Position numbers and translations under genes: made by a program. Of a DNA stretch of 64,000 nucleotides, positions 18,288 through 27,387 are shown in pieces; position 1 is the stretch's first letter; each line of letters starts with the position of its first letter. The stretch covers positions 82,600-146,599 of the forward strand of contig JAEUQT010000003.1 of assembly GCA_016789445.1 (NCBI GenBank), written 5' to 3'. The notes beneath the pieces are model-generated. The model was not told the DNA's origin, did no database searches, and saw only the letters and a program-made list of their open reading frames with translations. Source of the stretch: a bacterium. Its GTDB lineage: Bacteria; Patescibacteriota; Minisyncoccia; Phycocordibacterales; UBA2100.

Positions 18288-18686
18288 CTAGGCGCAGGAG
18301 CGGCATATACCGAAGAATTCGAGCGCATGATCGTTGATGCGCGAGAATCGCGATGAGGCATGGAGCGCTTGATGCTCGAGTGGAGAATTCCTGCACCCTT
18401 CCAGCTCCTCGATGAGACCGCAGCTCGTGCAGACGATGTGGTGATGATGGCCGTGAGAGAGCTCGAAGCGCACCGCGGTGTCCTTGAAGCGCACTTCGTG
18501 GACGATACCCGCCTTCACGAGCGATTGGAGATTGCGGTAGATCGTGACCAGATCGGCATCGGCTTTCGCGTGCAATTCTTCCGCGGTCTGCGGACCTCTT
18601 GCCTTGCCGAGCGCATGCAGAAGCGCGAGGCGCTGGGGCGTCGCGCGCAGTCCTGCACCTCGCAATATGATGGCGTGATCCGACAT
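18288..18686 (-). CDS. Fur-family transcriptional regulator (Zur/PerR-like)
   Basis: N-terminal wHTH (TPQRLALLH), HHHH cluster, CxxC pairs. Confidence 0.85.
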   Translation of the reverse strand: MSDHAIILRGAGLRATPQRLALLHALGKARGPQTAEELHAKADADLVTIYRNLQSLVKAGIVHEVRFKDTAVRFELSHGHHHHIVCTSCGLIEELEGCRNSPLEHQALHASSRFSRINDHALEFFGICRSCA

Positions 18687-18703
18687 ATCCCCAGTATACT
18701 ACA

Positions 18704-18718
18704 TGCAAATGATTTGCA
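18704..18718. promoter_or_regulatory. perfect 7-1-7 palindrome TGCAAAT-G-ATTTGCA in the divergent Fur-family/ZIP intergenic region; candidate Zur/Fur-box operator
   Basis: Read from the sequence; sits between the regulator start and the ZIP transporter start. Confidence 0.5.
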
Positions 18719-18732
18719 AATAGCTAAAAGGC

Positions 18733-19575
18733 GTGTATGCTGCCCGCATGAGCATCACTTTCATATCATTTGCCGCCGCGTTCGCGGTCATGCTGATCTC
18801 GTTATCGGGCGTGCTGTTTGCCGCGGGCCCCTTGCATCGTTTCGCACAGCGACGCCTCCCCTATCTCGCATCGTTCGCGGGCGGTGTCTTCCTTATCGTC
18901 GTCTATCACCTCTTGGAGGAATCGCTGCATGAGGGATCTGTCGCGGTTGCGGCGGGCGCCATACTCTTCGGTGCGGCATTGATGGAAGCACTGCATCACA
19001 TCCTGCCGGATTCGCACCATCACCACGGCGTCGATCATGGGCACGCGTATACCTCCATCGATGGACGACGCGTACTGCTCTCTGATGCCTTACACAATGT
19101 CGGTGACGGCGTACTCATCGTCGCATCGTTTGCGGCGGACTTCCGTGTCGGTATCGCCGCGACGATCGGCATCCTCATCCACGAATTCGTGCAGGAGATC
19201 TCCGAGTTCTTCGTCTTGAAAGAGGCAGGATATTCGACTCGGGATGCTTTGCTGCGGAATTTCCTCGCGTCTTCGACCATCCTCATCGGCGTTGTTATCG
19301 CGCTCTACTTGGCTTCTGCTGCGGAAATAGCGCTCCTTTTCGCCGGACTTGCCGCAGGTGGATTCCTTGCAGTCATCCTTCGCGACATCATCCCACACAC
19401 CATCTCCTCGATACGTACCCGCGGCGGTGGCATCGTGCATCTTTTTGCGGTCGTGGCAGGTATCGCACTTATGGTGGGCGTGCAGATCGCGCTCCCGCAT
19501 CAGGAACACGAGGAGTCGGGCCTTGAAGACGTGGGCGCTACGACTGCGGTTCGAACTCCAGACACACTGAGTTGA
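18733..19575 (+). CDS. ZIP-family metal (zinc) transporter, ZupT-like
   Basis: HNVGDG and HEFVQE metal-binding motifs, His-rich loop, 8 TM; track start is GTG, an alternative ATG lies at 18748. Confidence 0.85.
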   Translation: MYAARMSITFISFAAAFAVMLISLSGVLFAAGPLHRFAQRRLPYLASFAGGVFLIVVYHLLEESLHEGSVAVAAGAILFGAALMEALHHILPDSHHHHGVDHGHAYTSIDGRRVLLSDALHNVGDGVLIVASFAADFRVGIAATIGILIHEFVQEISEFFVLKEAGYSTRDALLRNFLASSTILIGVVIALYLASAAEIALLFAGLAAGGFLAVILRDIIPHTISSIRTRGGGIVHLFAVVAGIALMVGVQIALPHQEHEESGLEDVGATTAVRTPDTLS

Positions 19576-19927
19576 TGCAATGACGCTTGCCCGTCTGCGT
19601 AGGACCGTCGTTGAAGACGTGGCCTAAGTGAGACTTGCACTTCGCGCAGACGACTTCGGTGCGGTGCATCCCATGCGAGGAATCCTCGACGAATTCGACG
19701 GCGCCCGGAAGCGCCTCATCGAAGGACGGCCAGCCGGTGCCGGAATCGAATTTCTTCGACGATTCGAAGAGCTGGTTGCCGCAGGCGGCGCATCTGAACA
19801 TCCCTTCGCGCTTCTCATTGAGGAGTTTCCCCGTGAACGGAGCTTCGGTCCCCTTTTCGCGCAGCACCGCGTATTGCTCAGGGGTGAGCTTCTGCTTGAA
19901 ATCCTCTTCGGTGGGCTGCGTATCCAT
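19538..19927 (-). CDS. msrB: peptide-methionine (R)-S-oxide reductase MsrB
   Basis: SelR domain with two CxxC pairs and the GWPSF...RTEVxC...HLGHVF core. Confidence 0.9.
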   Translation of the reverse strand: MDTQPTEEDFKQKLTPEQYAVLREKGTEAPFTGKLLNEKREGMFRCAACGNQLFESSKKFDSGTGWPSFDEALPGAVEFVEDSSHGMHRTEVVCAKCKSHLGHVFNDGPTQTGKRHCINSVCLEFEPQS

Positions 19928-20002
19928 GTAAGCAGTATACCCTTGCCTAGATGACGCTCCAGTGAGAGACTGCGGTCCTCTCGTTCTTTAGAGGAAGAAT
20001 GA

Positions 20003-20356
20003 ATGCGATTGATCCTTTGTGTGGTGGCGGTGCTTATGCTGAGCTCTGCCGCTGAAGCCCGCTGTATGGCACGGCTTTCAGAGCCGCAGGTGTATGTGGC
20101 TGATGAGTGCGACGAATGTGAACAGCTTCTCTTCTCACTTCGAGCGCTTCGGCTGAAGCCCGACGTATGCAATATAACCACCGATGCCGAATGCCGGTCG
20201 GTGTACGAGACATGGAAGGAAGGCGATGCTATGCCGCTCACCTTCGTGTGCAATACGCCGATATTCGGTAACAAACCGAAAGCGATCATGGATCAGATCG
20301 CGCAGGAGAAGAAAGAAATCCATCCCGATGACTACGACTACGGGGATTGGGATTGA
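20003..20356 (+). CDS. secreted glutaredoxin-like protein (signal peptide, CDEC motif)
   Basis: Signal peptide, CxxC, C-terminal PxTF/FG thioredoxin-fold signature; paralog of the next gene. Confidence 0.55.
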   Translation: MRLILCVVAVLMLSSAAEARCMARLSEPQVYVADECDECEQLLFSLRALRLKPDVCNITTDAECRSVYETWKEGDAMPLTFVCNTPIFGNKPKAIMDQIAQEKKEIHPDDYDYGDWD

Positions 20357-20461
20357 CTGCAGCCGCTCCGCAAGGGGCGGCTTTTTCTTGTCAGAACGGG
20401 CTCATTGCGTTCCGGTATGGAAGTGGCAGACTTGCGGCAGTCAGGGAGAAAGGAGGCAGAT

Positions 20462-20806
20462 ATGCCCATACGCCTGATGGGGACGAGCATGGCGATCGCC
20501 CTGCTCGTGTTCACTGCTCCGGCATACGCGGACTTCACGTGCGCGAATCCGAAACGGAAGCTTGATGCGAAGATCTTCGGTGTCGACGTCAGTTGTCCCG
20601 AATGCATCGAGGCACGGGTGTTCTTCTATCGCGAAGGCATCCCGTTCCGGGATTTCGATGCCGGCGATCCCGATGTGTGGAAACGCCTACGGGACGGGCC
20701 CGGACGCGGACAGATGCCCGCGATCCAAGTATGTGGCGAATGGTTCTTCGGATTCACCGAGGATACCGCCGCGCAGATACTGAGACTCTTCCCGCACACC
20801 GTCTGA
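20462..20806 (+). CDS. secreted glutaredoxin-like protein (signal peptide, CPEC motif); start at MPIRLMG
   Basis: aaggagg RBS; same architecture as the 20003 gene. Confidence 0.55.
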   Translation: MPIRLMGTSMAIALLVFTAPAYADFTCANPKRKLDAKIFGVDVSCPECIEARVFFYREGIPFRDFDAGDPDVWKRLRDGPGRGQMPAIQVCGEWFFGFTEDTAAQILRLFPHTV

Positions 20807-20840
20807 GAGCGGCCGCCCGAGAGGACGGCCGCTTGTTTTT
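20807..20840 (+). terminator. intrinsic terminator (gcggccgcccgagaggacggccgc ttgttttt)
   Basis: Hairpin plus T-tract. Confidence 0.6.
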
Positions 20841-20957
20841 ATGTTGTGGATAAGTCGCATTCTTTACAAATGAAGATGCGGGTGTACTTTTAGGAAAGCG
20901 ACGTTCGGAATCTCTCCGGAGGTCGCTTGTACTTTTTTGATACGAAAGGAGTAAACA

Positions 20958-21197
20958 ATGTTGGAACTCCTGCTTATTGTTGCCATGTGTGGACCGACTG
21001 ATCGCATCAACGATCATGCCCGCCAGATTCGCTGCAGAGAACGCGAGGTCTCTCTTATCGGAGCCGATGAGAACATGACCCAGATGCAGTGCTTGATGGT
21101 CGCACCGATGGTCATCGCGCAATGGATCGACGAGCATCCCAAGTGGGTGCAGCGTCGTTGGCTCTGCCGTCCGGCGGGACAAGTCGCGAAGATCTAG
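20958..21197 (+). CDS. hypothetical small protein (79 aa)
   Basis: aaaggag RBS; hairpins downstream. Confidence 0.4.
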   Translation: MLELLLIVAMCGPTDRINDHARQIRCREREVSLIGADENMTQMQCLMVAPMVIAQWIDEHPKWVQRRWLCRPAGQVAKI

Positions 21198-21320
21198 GCT
21201 GGAGGCCTACCATGGAGGAAACAACGACTTACGACTAAAGGGCCGCGACGCAACGACGCCACGGCCCTTTGGATTGAATCCCGCCTTCTGGCGGTTTTCT
21301 TATTTCAGACTAGAGAACGA

Positions 21321-22547
21321 CTATAAGACAAACTGGCCGTCGTCGTAGATGACTTTCGTGGAGCCATCCTTCAGATGTGCCGTTACGGTGCGCTTCGTCG
21401 TCGAGATGATGTCGGTGTGGACGGATGAATCGTTGTAGCCGAGTTTTTCCGCCATCTTCTTGGTGAAGGTCTTGTGGTTGCCGGCGTAGGTATCCTTGTA
21501 GCTCATGCCGACCGCGAGGTGCGTGTTGCCCTGACGGCCGCCCATGTTCTCGTCGAAGAGCGTCTCCGCCATGAACTTGGTGATGCGCGAGTGGCGTCGA
21601 TCGGTGAGCGAGTATTCGCCCATCTTGTCGGCGTCTTTCGTCGCGATCATCTGCTTGAGAAGCTTCTCATTGGTCTCGGCGGTCGCTTTGACGACCTTGC
21701 CGTTCTTCCACCAGAGTTGTATCCCGGTGATCTTCGCGCCATAGCGATAGAGCGGCTGGTTGAAACGGATCCAACCGTTGGTGCCGCGCCAATCCGGCGA
21801 GGTGAAGATCTCGAAAGACGGGATGTTGCGGCCTGAGCCTGCGAGCCACTGACGCTTCTCGCCGAGCGTGATCCAGAGATCAGCGTCCTCGCCTTGTACG
21901 TGGAGCTTATCGATCTTCGGTGAGAGCTTGTTGAGACGGCTGCGGTACTTCTCGATGTCCTTGTAGACGTTCTTCCATTCCTTGATCGGATCTGCCTTGT
22001 CGAGGAAGCAGGCCTTGATGATTTCTCCCCAGTATTCTTCTTCGGTCAGTCCCGCTTCTTTTGCCATTGCGGGCGTGCCGTAGAGCGCGATGGTCCAGAA
22101 GAACTTGCCCTGCATCTCCTTCGCGTTTTCCCAATCGCGGAACGGCTTCCACGCGACGCCGCGACGCATGATCTTCTTCGGATCGATGCCTTCGAGTTCC
22201 TTCTTATCGTTCTCCGCGATGATGTGGACCGCATGGGTGATGGTATCCACGATGCCGCGGACGTACTTCTCCGGGAACCAGTCGAGCTGATGATCCTTCG
22301 CGAGCTTGTAGTAGTCGCGCGAGAAGGAATCCTCGCCCGGATGCGCATCGGGGATGTAGTTCACGATGCAGTGACCGCCGCTCTTCAGGACCGCGTTGCG
22401 GACGGCAAGGAGGAGCGGCTTCGCGCTCTCCGGTGCCGTGATCTGGACGACTTCGTTCTTCTTGATGCCTTTGCCGCCGCCGAGGGCGAAATTCACGAGG
22501 ACATCTGCGTACTTATCAAGGATTTTCTTGTCGGGTGTGTAGGCCAT
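21321..22547 (-). CDS. aminopeptidase, M29 family (AmpS/PepS-like)
   Basis: Full-length similarity pattern to thermophilic metalloprotease M29 (~408 aa). Confidence 0.85.
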   Translation of the reverse strand: MAYTPDKKILDKYADVLVNFALGGGKGIKKNEVVQITAPESAKPLLLAVRNAVLKSGGHCIVNYIPDAHPGEDSFSRDYYKLAKDHQLDWFPEKYVRGIVDTITHAVHIIAENDKKELEGIDPKKIMRRGVAWKPFRDWENAKEMQGKFFWTIALYGTPAMAKEAGLTEEEYWGEIIKACFLDKADPIKEWKNVYKDIEKYRSRLNKLSPKIDKLHVQGEDADLWITLGEKRQWLAGSGRNIPSFEIFTSPDWRGTNGWIRFNQPLYRYGAKITGIQLWWKNGKVVKATAETNEKLLKQMIATKDADKMGEYSLTDRRHSRITKFMAETLFDENMGGRQGNTHLAVGMSYKDTYAGNHKTFTKKMAEKLGYNDSSVHTDIISTTKRTVTAHLKDGSTKVIYDDGQFVL

Positions 22548-22588
22548 TTCCAGAGCGTACTTCTGAATAGTGAATTTGTCGAGAAAGC

Positions 22589-23638
22589 CTACACGTTTCG
22601 TCGCTGTGCGATTTCGCTATAGATGGAAAGGAATGCGAAGAGAAGGCTGATGGAAAGGGGGCCGAGGAACAGGCCGATCGGACCGAAAAATGCGAGGCCG
22701 CCGAGGACTGAAAGCAGGACGAGGAGCGGGTGGAGATTCACTCCCCTGCCGATAAGCTGGGGACCCAAGAAGTTGTCGATCATGCCGACCGCTACGATAC
22801 CCCAGATGGTGAGGCCGAGCGCAGAACCCGTGTGTCCGGTGAAGTACATAAAGAGGACGGTCGGTATGAATACCAATCCGGTGCCAAGACCCGGGATCAA
22901 GGCGGCGATGGCCGTCACCGTGCCCCAGAGGATGCTGTTGGGAACGCCGAAGATGGTGAAGCCGATTGCCGTGAGCGAGCCTTGGATGAGCGCGATGGTG
23001 AGGTTCCCCTTGATGATGGAATTCACCGCGAGCTCGAGCTTGTCGGCGATGCTTTCATCGTAGGTGTCTTTGAGCGGTGAGAGATGGACGAGCGTATTTT
23101 TCAGTTTGCGGCCATCACGAAGAAGGTAGTAGAGCGCGATGAAGAAGAGGAATGCTTTGAGGAGGATGCTCGCGACGCCGGATGCCGCCGTACCGATGTG
23201 CTGGATGATCCATTGGAGTGCGCCCTCCGCGTACTGTGAGATATTCGCAGGGATATCCTGCGTGAATCCGCTTGCGGCAGGCACGTAGCGTGCGACGACT
23301 CTTTCGAGATCGTTGGCCGCGGTCTGGATTTCTGCACGAGTATCCCTATCGGAGATCTGCGTGTAGAGACTGCGTGCTTCGATGCCGACCTGCGTTCCGA
23401 TGATGGTGACGGGAACGAGAATGATGATGACGCTGATGAGGACCGTGATGAGCGAAGCGAGCGAGGGCCAGCGCGGGATGGTATGCAAAATGCGGCGATA
23501 GAGCGGATTCAGGATGACCGCGAAGACGAGGGCGAGGACCAAGGGCGCGAGGAACGGCTGGAAGATGAAATACGTGAGGACGAGCGCGCCGACAAGGAGC
23601 GCCAGAAGGAAGTACATGCCCAGATGCTGGGTGTGCAT
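22589..23638 (-). CDS. AI-2E family transporter (UPF0118/PerM-like)
   Basis: 8 TM helices with the characteristic conserved C-terminal half. Confidence 0.85.
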   Translation of the reverse strand: MHTQHLGMYFLLALLVGALVLTYFIFQPFLAPLVLALVFAVILNPLYRRILHTIPRWPSLASLITVLISVIIILVPVTIIGTQVGIEARSLYTQISDRDTRAEIQTAANDLERVVARYVPAASGFTQDIPANISQYAEGALQWIIQHIGTAASGVASILLKAFLFFIALYYLLRDGRKLKNTLVHLSPLKDTYDESIADKLELAVNSIIKGNLTIALIQGSLTAIGFTIFGVPNSILWGTVTAIAALIPGLGTGLVFIPTVLFMYFTGHTGSALGLTIWGIVAVGMIDNFLGPQLIGRGVNLHPLLVLLSVLGGLAFFGPIGLFLGPLSISLLFAFLSIYSEIAQRRNV

Positions 23639-23651
23639 GCCGGAAGTATAG

Positions 23652-23680
23652 CAAAAAACCCCGCTCGACGCGGGGTTTTC
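23652..23680 (-). terminator. intrinsic terminator (ccccgc tcgac gcgggg with A/T tracts) downstream of the GH18 gene
   Basis: Hairpin plus T-tract on the minus strand. Confidence 0.55.
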
Positions 23681-23690
23681 ATCATGGATG

Positions 23691-23779
23691 TTATTTCAAG
23701 ACGTCCCAGATCTTCGGGTCTTGGTCCCGATCTTGTTTCAGGAGCATTACTTCAAGACATCCCAAATCTTCGGATCCTG
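23691..23779. repeat. imperfect direct duplication of the last 33 nt of the GH18 gene (codons QDPKIWDVLK plus stop), 23691-23723 vs 23747-23779
   Basis: 28 of 33 nt identical, mostly synonymous differences; the downstream copy is out of frame. Confidence 0.5.
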
Positions 23780-24943
23780 GCCGCCATCGATCTTGAAGAC
23801 GGAGACGCCGCGGATGCCGAGCTTCTTGGCGAGCGCGACTTTGTCGGCGATCGCTTGGGAGTCCTGCCACGTCACCATGCGATAGGTCAGGTTGGTGTTG
23901 TTGGAAGTGGTGAGCGCGGCTGCTGCGGAGGCGACGGAGTTGTACGCCTGCGCGGACTGCGGACGCGGGACGTTCAGCGCGCTGTCCTTCGGGAAGTACG
24001 TGAAGCCTAATTCCCCTCCGGCATTGCGGCCCGGCGTGATGTTGTATTCGTTGGCGAGATCCCAGCCGTACTGCGGATTGAAGGTCCAGAGGAGGTCGTA
24101 CATGTGCTCGTTGTTCGCGTAGGTAGTGACGCTCCATTCGTAGCCGTAGGTCGGGATGCCGAGCATGATCTTATTCGCTGGAATGGTCTTCATCGCTTCC
24201 TTGATGGCTTTCTCTACCCACACGGTGTCGGAAACCGGACCGTAGGGCTCGGTGACTTCTGCCTCGCGTTTCTGGTCGATGGTCTGCTGGTCGTAGGTCA
24301 TGAAGCGGACGCGATCGCAGTATTTCTTGAGCGCCTCGAAGTCGTTGGCGTATTTGCCTGCGTCGGCCGGCGTGTCGGTGCCGTAGTAACGATCGCTGAG
24401 CGGCGTGCGGCTCTCGACGGTGCACTGCACCCACTTGTTGCCCATTGCCGCGTAGAGCTCTTTGAGGAATTGCGAGAAATACGGACGCGTCTTCTCGTAC
24501 TTACCCTCGTAGTCGATGTCGATGCCGTCGAAATTATTGACCTTCACCTCGTCGACGATCATGGCGATGTGCTTCTTGCGGAGCGTCGGATCGGAAAGGA
24601 CGGTATGCATCGCATCGGCGTTGGACCACATCACCGTCGGGATGTAGCGGATGTTCTTCTTCTTGGCCTCAGCCTGGAGCGTCGTCCATGGTTCCACTGA
24701 GATAGCGGCAGCATCCCAGAGCGTGCCGTCGTTCTGGACGGTATAGCCGAAGGGATTCACCTCTTTGAACGTATCAAGATGAGCGAGTGTCTCGCGGGTG
24801 GAGGTGGCTGCACGCCAGTATGGGAGCCAGCCGGAGATCTCGAATTTCGAGGACCACGTGGCGGCGGAGGCCGGTGTTGGAAGTACAACAAAGAGTGCCC
24901 CGATAAGGAGCATGGGAACCGAGGCGAGTGCGGTGTTCTTCAT
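23747..24943 (-). CDS. glycoside hydrolase family 18 (chitinase-like), secreted; start at MKNTALASV
   Basis: Signal peptide; catalytic motif FDGIDIDYE (DxxDxDxE). Confidence 0.85.
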   Translation of the reverse strand: MKNTALASVPMLLIGALFVVLPTPASAATWSSKFEISGWLPYWRAATSTRETLAHLDTFKEVNPFGYTVQNDGTLWDAAAISVEPWTTLQAEAKKKNIRYIPTVMWSNADAMHTVLSDPTLRKKHIAMIVDEVKVNNFDGIDIDYEGKYEKTRPYFSQFLKELYAAMGNKWVQCTVESRTPLSDRYYGTDTPADAGKYANDFEALKKYCDRVRFMTYDQQTIDQKREAEVTEPYGPVSDTVWVEKAIKEAMKTIPANKIMLGIPTYGYEWSVTTYANNEHMYDLLWTFNPQYGWDLANEYNITPGRNAGGELGFTYFPKDSALNVPRPQSAQAYNSVASAAAALTTSNNTNLTYRMVTWQDSQAIADKVALAKKLGIRGVSVFKIDGGQDPKIWDVLK

Positions 24944-25026
24944 AGTTGAAATCTTTACCCTACACTTCAAAAGACGCAGGAGATTCATTTACATTACCGG
25001 ATATTCCCAGATGAACAAGGAAGAAC

Positions 25027-25419
25027 GTGGAAAACGGCGATATAATCGCTCTAATGCTGTACAAATGGTGGCCGAATCTGCGGTATGCCGTTTTGGGGAT
25101 GGAGATCGCGTGGCGGAACGAGCCGCACTTCCGCTCGCACGTAATCGCAAGCGCCGCGCTCATCGTTCTTTCCTTCATCTTGAACATCTCAGCGTTGGAA
25201 TTCGCGGTCATCGTGCTCTCGTGCGGATTCGTGATCGCGATCGAGGTGTTGAATACCGCGCTGGAGGAACTCTGCGACAAGCATACGAAGGAACACGATC
25301 CGCATATCGCGCGTATCAAGGATCTGGCGGCGGCGGCGGTTTTGATTTCATCGATCTTCGCGGCAATCGCACAGGCGGTGATCTTCCTCCCGTACATCAT
25401 CCACTATGTTTCCCGTTGA
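25027..25419 (+). CDS. dgkA: diacylglycerol kinase (prokaryotic DgkA family)
   Basis: ~120-aa three-TM protein with DAGK_prokar conserved residues; GTG start after aaggaag. Confidence 0.8.
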   Translation: MENGDIIALMLYKWWPNLRYAVLGMEIAWRNEPHFRSHVIASAALIVLSFILNISALEFAVIVLSCGFVIAIEVLNTALEELCDKHTKEHDPHIARIKDLAAAAVLISSIFAAIAQAVIFLPYIIHYVSR

Positions 25420-25957
25420 TCTCTCCGTTGCGGCTTCCCTTGCAGCGGCGCGGACTGACGGGCTGACCGCGTTCTTCGCGACGATAACGAATCTCGGCGA
25501 GGTGTGGTTCTGCATCTTTGCCGCATCGCTGATCTGCCTCTTCCTGTATGCGGCGCGGCAGCAGAAATTCGTGCCGGAGCTGTTGGTCATATCGCTTGGA
25601 AGCGCGGCGACGGTGTGGGCACTCAAGATCTTCTTCGCGCTTCCGCGCCCATCTGATCCTATCGCGCTCATGACGATCGATTCGTTCTCATTCCCGAGCG
25701 GACACGCAGCTGCAGCGGCTACGCTCTACGGATTTCTCTTGTGGATGATGCTTGGCACGGGAACGACGGATCGCGTGCGTACGCTCGCTGCCGGTATCTT
25801 CTTCATGATCATCGTACTCGTCGGTTTCTCTCGTATGTATCTGGGCGTGCATTATCTCAGCGATGTCATCGCCGGATATGTGATCGGATTCGTGTGGGTC
25901 ATGATCGGCGTCTCACTCGCCCGATCGAAGAAGTTTACGCGGTTTTTCGCGCGTTAA
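25406..25957 (+). CDS. PAP2-family phosphatase (undecaprenyl-diphosphatase / PgpB-like)
   Basis: PSGH and SRMYLGVHYLSDV motifs; overlaps dgkA by 14 nt. Confidence 0.85.
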   Translation: MFPVDLSVAASLAAARTDGLTAFFATITNLGEVWFCIFAASLICLFLYAARQQKFVPELLVISLGSAATVWALKIFFALPRPSDPIALMTIDSFSFPSGHAAAAATLYGFLLWMMLGTGTTDRVRTLAAGIFFMIIVLVGFSRMYLGVHYLSDVIAGYVIGFVWVMIGVSLARSKKFTRFFAR

Positions 25958-27158
25958 AGAGTACGAACCACGCCGAGAGGACGAGGATGCTTCCGGCGAT
26001 GAACGGTGCGGCGATACCGATGACTCCGGATGCGACGCCGGCGATAAGCGGGATGGAGCCCTGCGCGAATGCCTGCAAAGAGCCGCTGATGCCGAGTGCG
26101 GCGCCTTGCCGGTCGACCGAGACGCTCTTGGAGACGAGTGACTGGAGATTCGCCATCGTGAAGCCGACCGGAATCGCGATGAACGGCATGATGAAATAGA
26201 ACGCAAGGAGCGAAGGCAGGAACGGGTATGCCGCTAGGACCGCGGCGATGGCGATGAAGGTCACGCGCAGGATCGAACGCTCGTTGAAGCGGGGAGCTAT
26301 GAGTCGCAACAGGACGAGCTGTGTGAAGACCATCCATGCGCCGATGGCACCGAAGTATGTCCCTACTGCGGCTTCCGAGACACCGAACCGCTGCACGAGA
26401 AGGACGCCGGTGAAGGAGGTCATGAACGCGAAGCCGGACATATAGAGAAGGACCGTGAGGTAGACCGGTCGCGCATCGACGTCATTGAATGCCGCGCGGA
26501 GGTTGCGGATGCCTTTGAGGAGGGAGAATCTGTGGCGCACTTCCGCGCTCACCTGACGCGTCTCCGGCAGCATGTAGGCGACGAAAAGCAGATTGATGAT
26601 ACCGAGCGCTCCGGCGAGCCAGAACGGCGAGGCGGCATCCTGCGTGACGCCGGCGATCCAGCCGCCGAGAACGGGTCCCAAGATGAATCCCGTGCCGAAT
26701 GCCGCGCCCATGAGACCGAAATTCTTTGCGCGGTCCTGTGGTTCCGTCACGTCGGCGATGGTCGCCTGTGCGATCGAGAAATTCGCCGCCGCGAGACCGG
26801 CGATGGCACGCGCGAAGAGGATGAGGCCGACGCTGGCGATCGCGATACCGAACCCGAAGACGACTTGGGAGATCGCGAGGACGCCCACGCCGAGCATGAG
26901 CAATCTCTTACGACCATAGACGTCGGAGAGTTCGCCCAAGACCGGTGCCGCGATGAATTGCATGAGGCCGAAAAGCGACGTGACGAGGCCGGCGATGAGG
27001 AACTGCATGCCCTGCGAATAGCCATGCAGCATGAACGAGTGCGATGCCGGATCGGTAAAGAGGATTGGGATGATCGGAAAGACCATACTGGTCCCGATCA
27101 TGTCGAGCAGCAAGGTGAAGAAAAGGATCGGGAGTACGTATTTGCGTCGCATATACAA
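25935..27158 (-). CDS. MFS transporter
   Basis: 12 TM; MFS signature between TM2 and TM3. Confidence 0.9.
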   Translation of the reverse strand: MYMRRKYVLPILFFTLLLDMIGTSMVFPIIPILFTDPASHSFMLHGYSQGMQFLIAGLVTSLFGLMQFIAAPVLGELSDVYGRKRLLMLGVGVLAISQVVFGFGIAIASVGLILFARAIAGLAAANFSIAQATIADVTEPQDRAKNFGLMGAAFGTGFILGPVLGGWIAGVTQDAASPFWLAGALGIINLLFVAYMLPETRQVSAEVRHRFSLLKGIRNLRAAFNDVDARPVYLTVLLYMSGFAFMTSFTGVLLVQRFGVSEAAVGTYFGAIGAWMVFTQLVLLRLIAPRFNERSILRVTFIAIAAVLAAYPFLPSLLAFYFIMPFIAIPVGFTMANLQSLVSKSVSVDRQGAALGISGSLQAFAQGSIPLIAGVASGVIGIAAPFIAGSILVLSAWFVLFNARKTA

Positions 27159-27387
27159 AGCCGGCAGCGCCGGCGAGAGTGCAGTATAGCAAACCGCCCT
27201 ACGCGAAGCGGCCGAGGCTTTCGCCTCGGCCGCTTCTTCGGCTTATTCAGCCGCCTTTTCCTCCGCGTCTTCCGACGGCGTCGGCTTCACTTCCGGATCG
27301 TCACTCATACTCATTATGCAAATTACGCTCTGCTAATGACGACCGTATCAATTGTCTGCCTCTCAGCAGATGAAGTCAAATCGAGGA

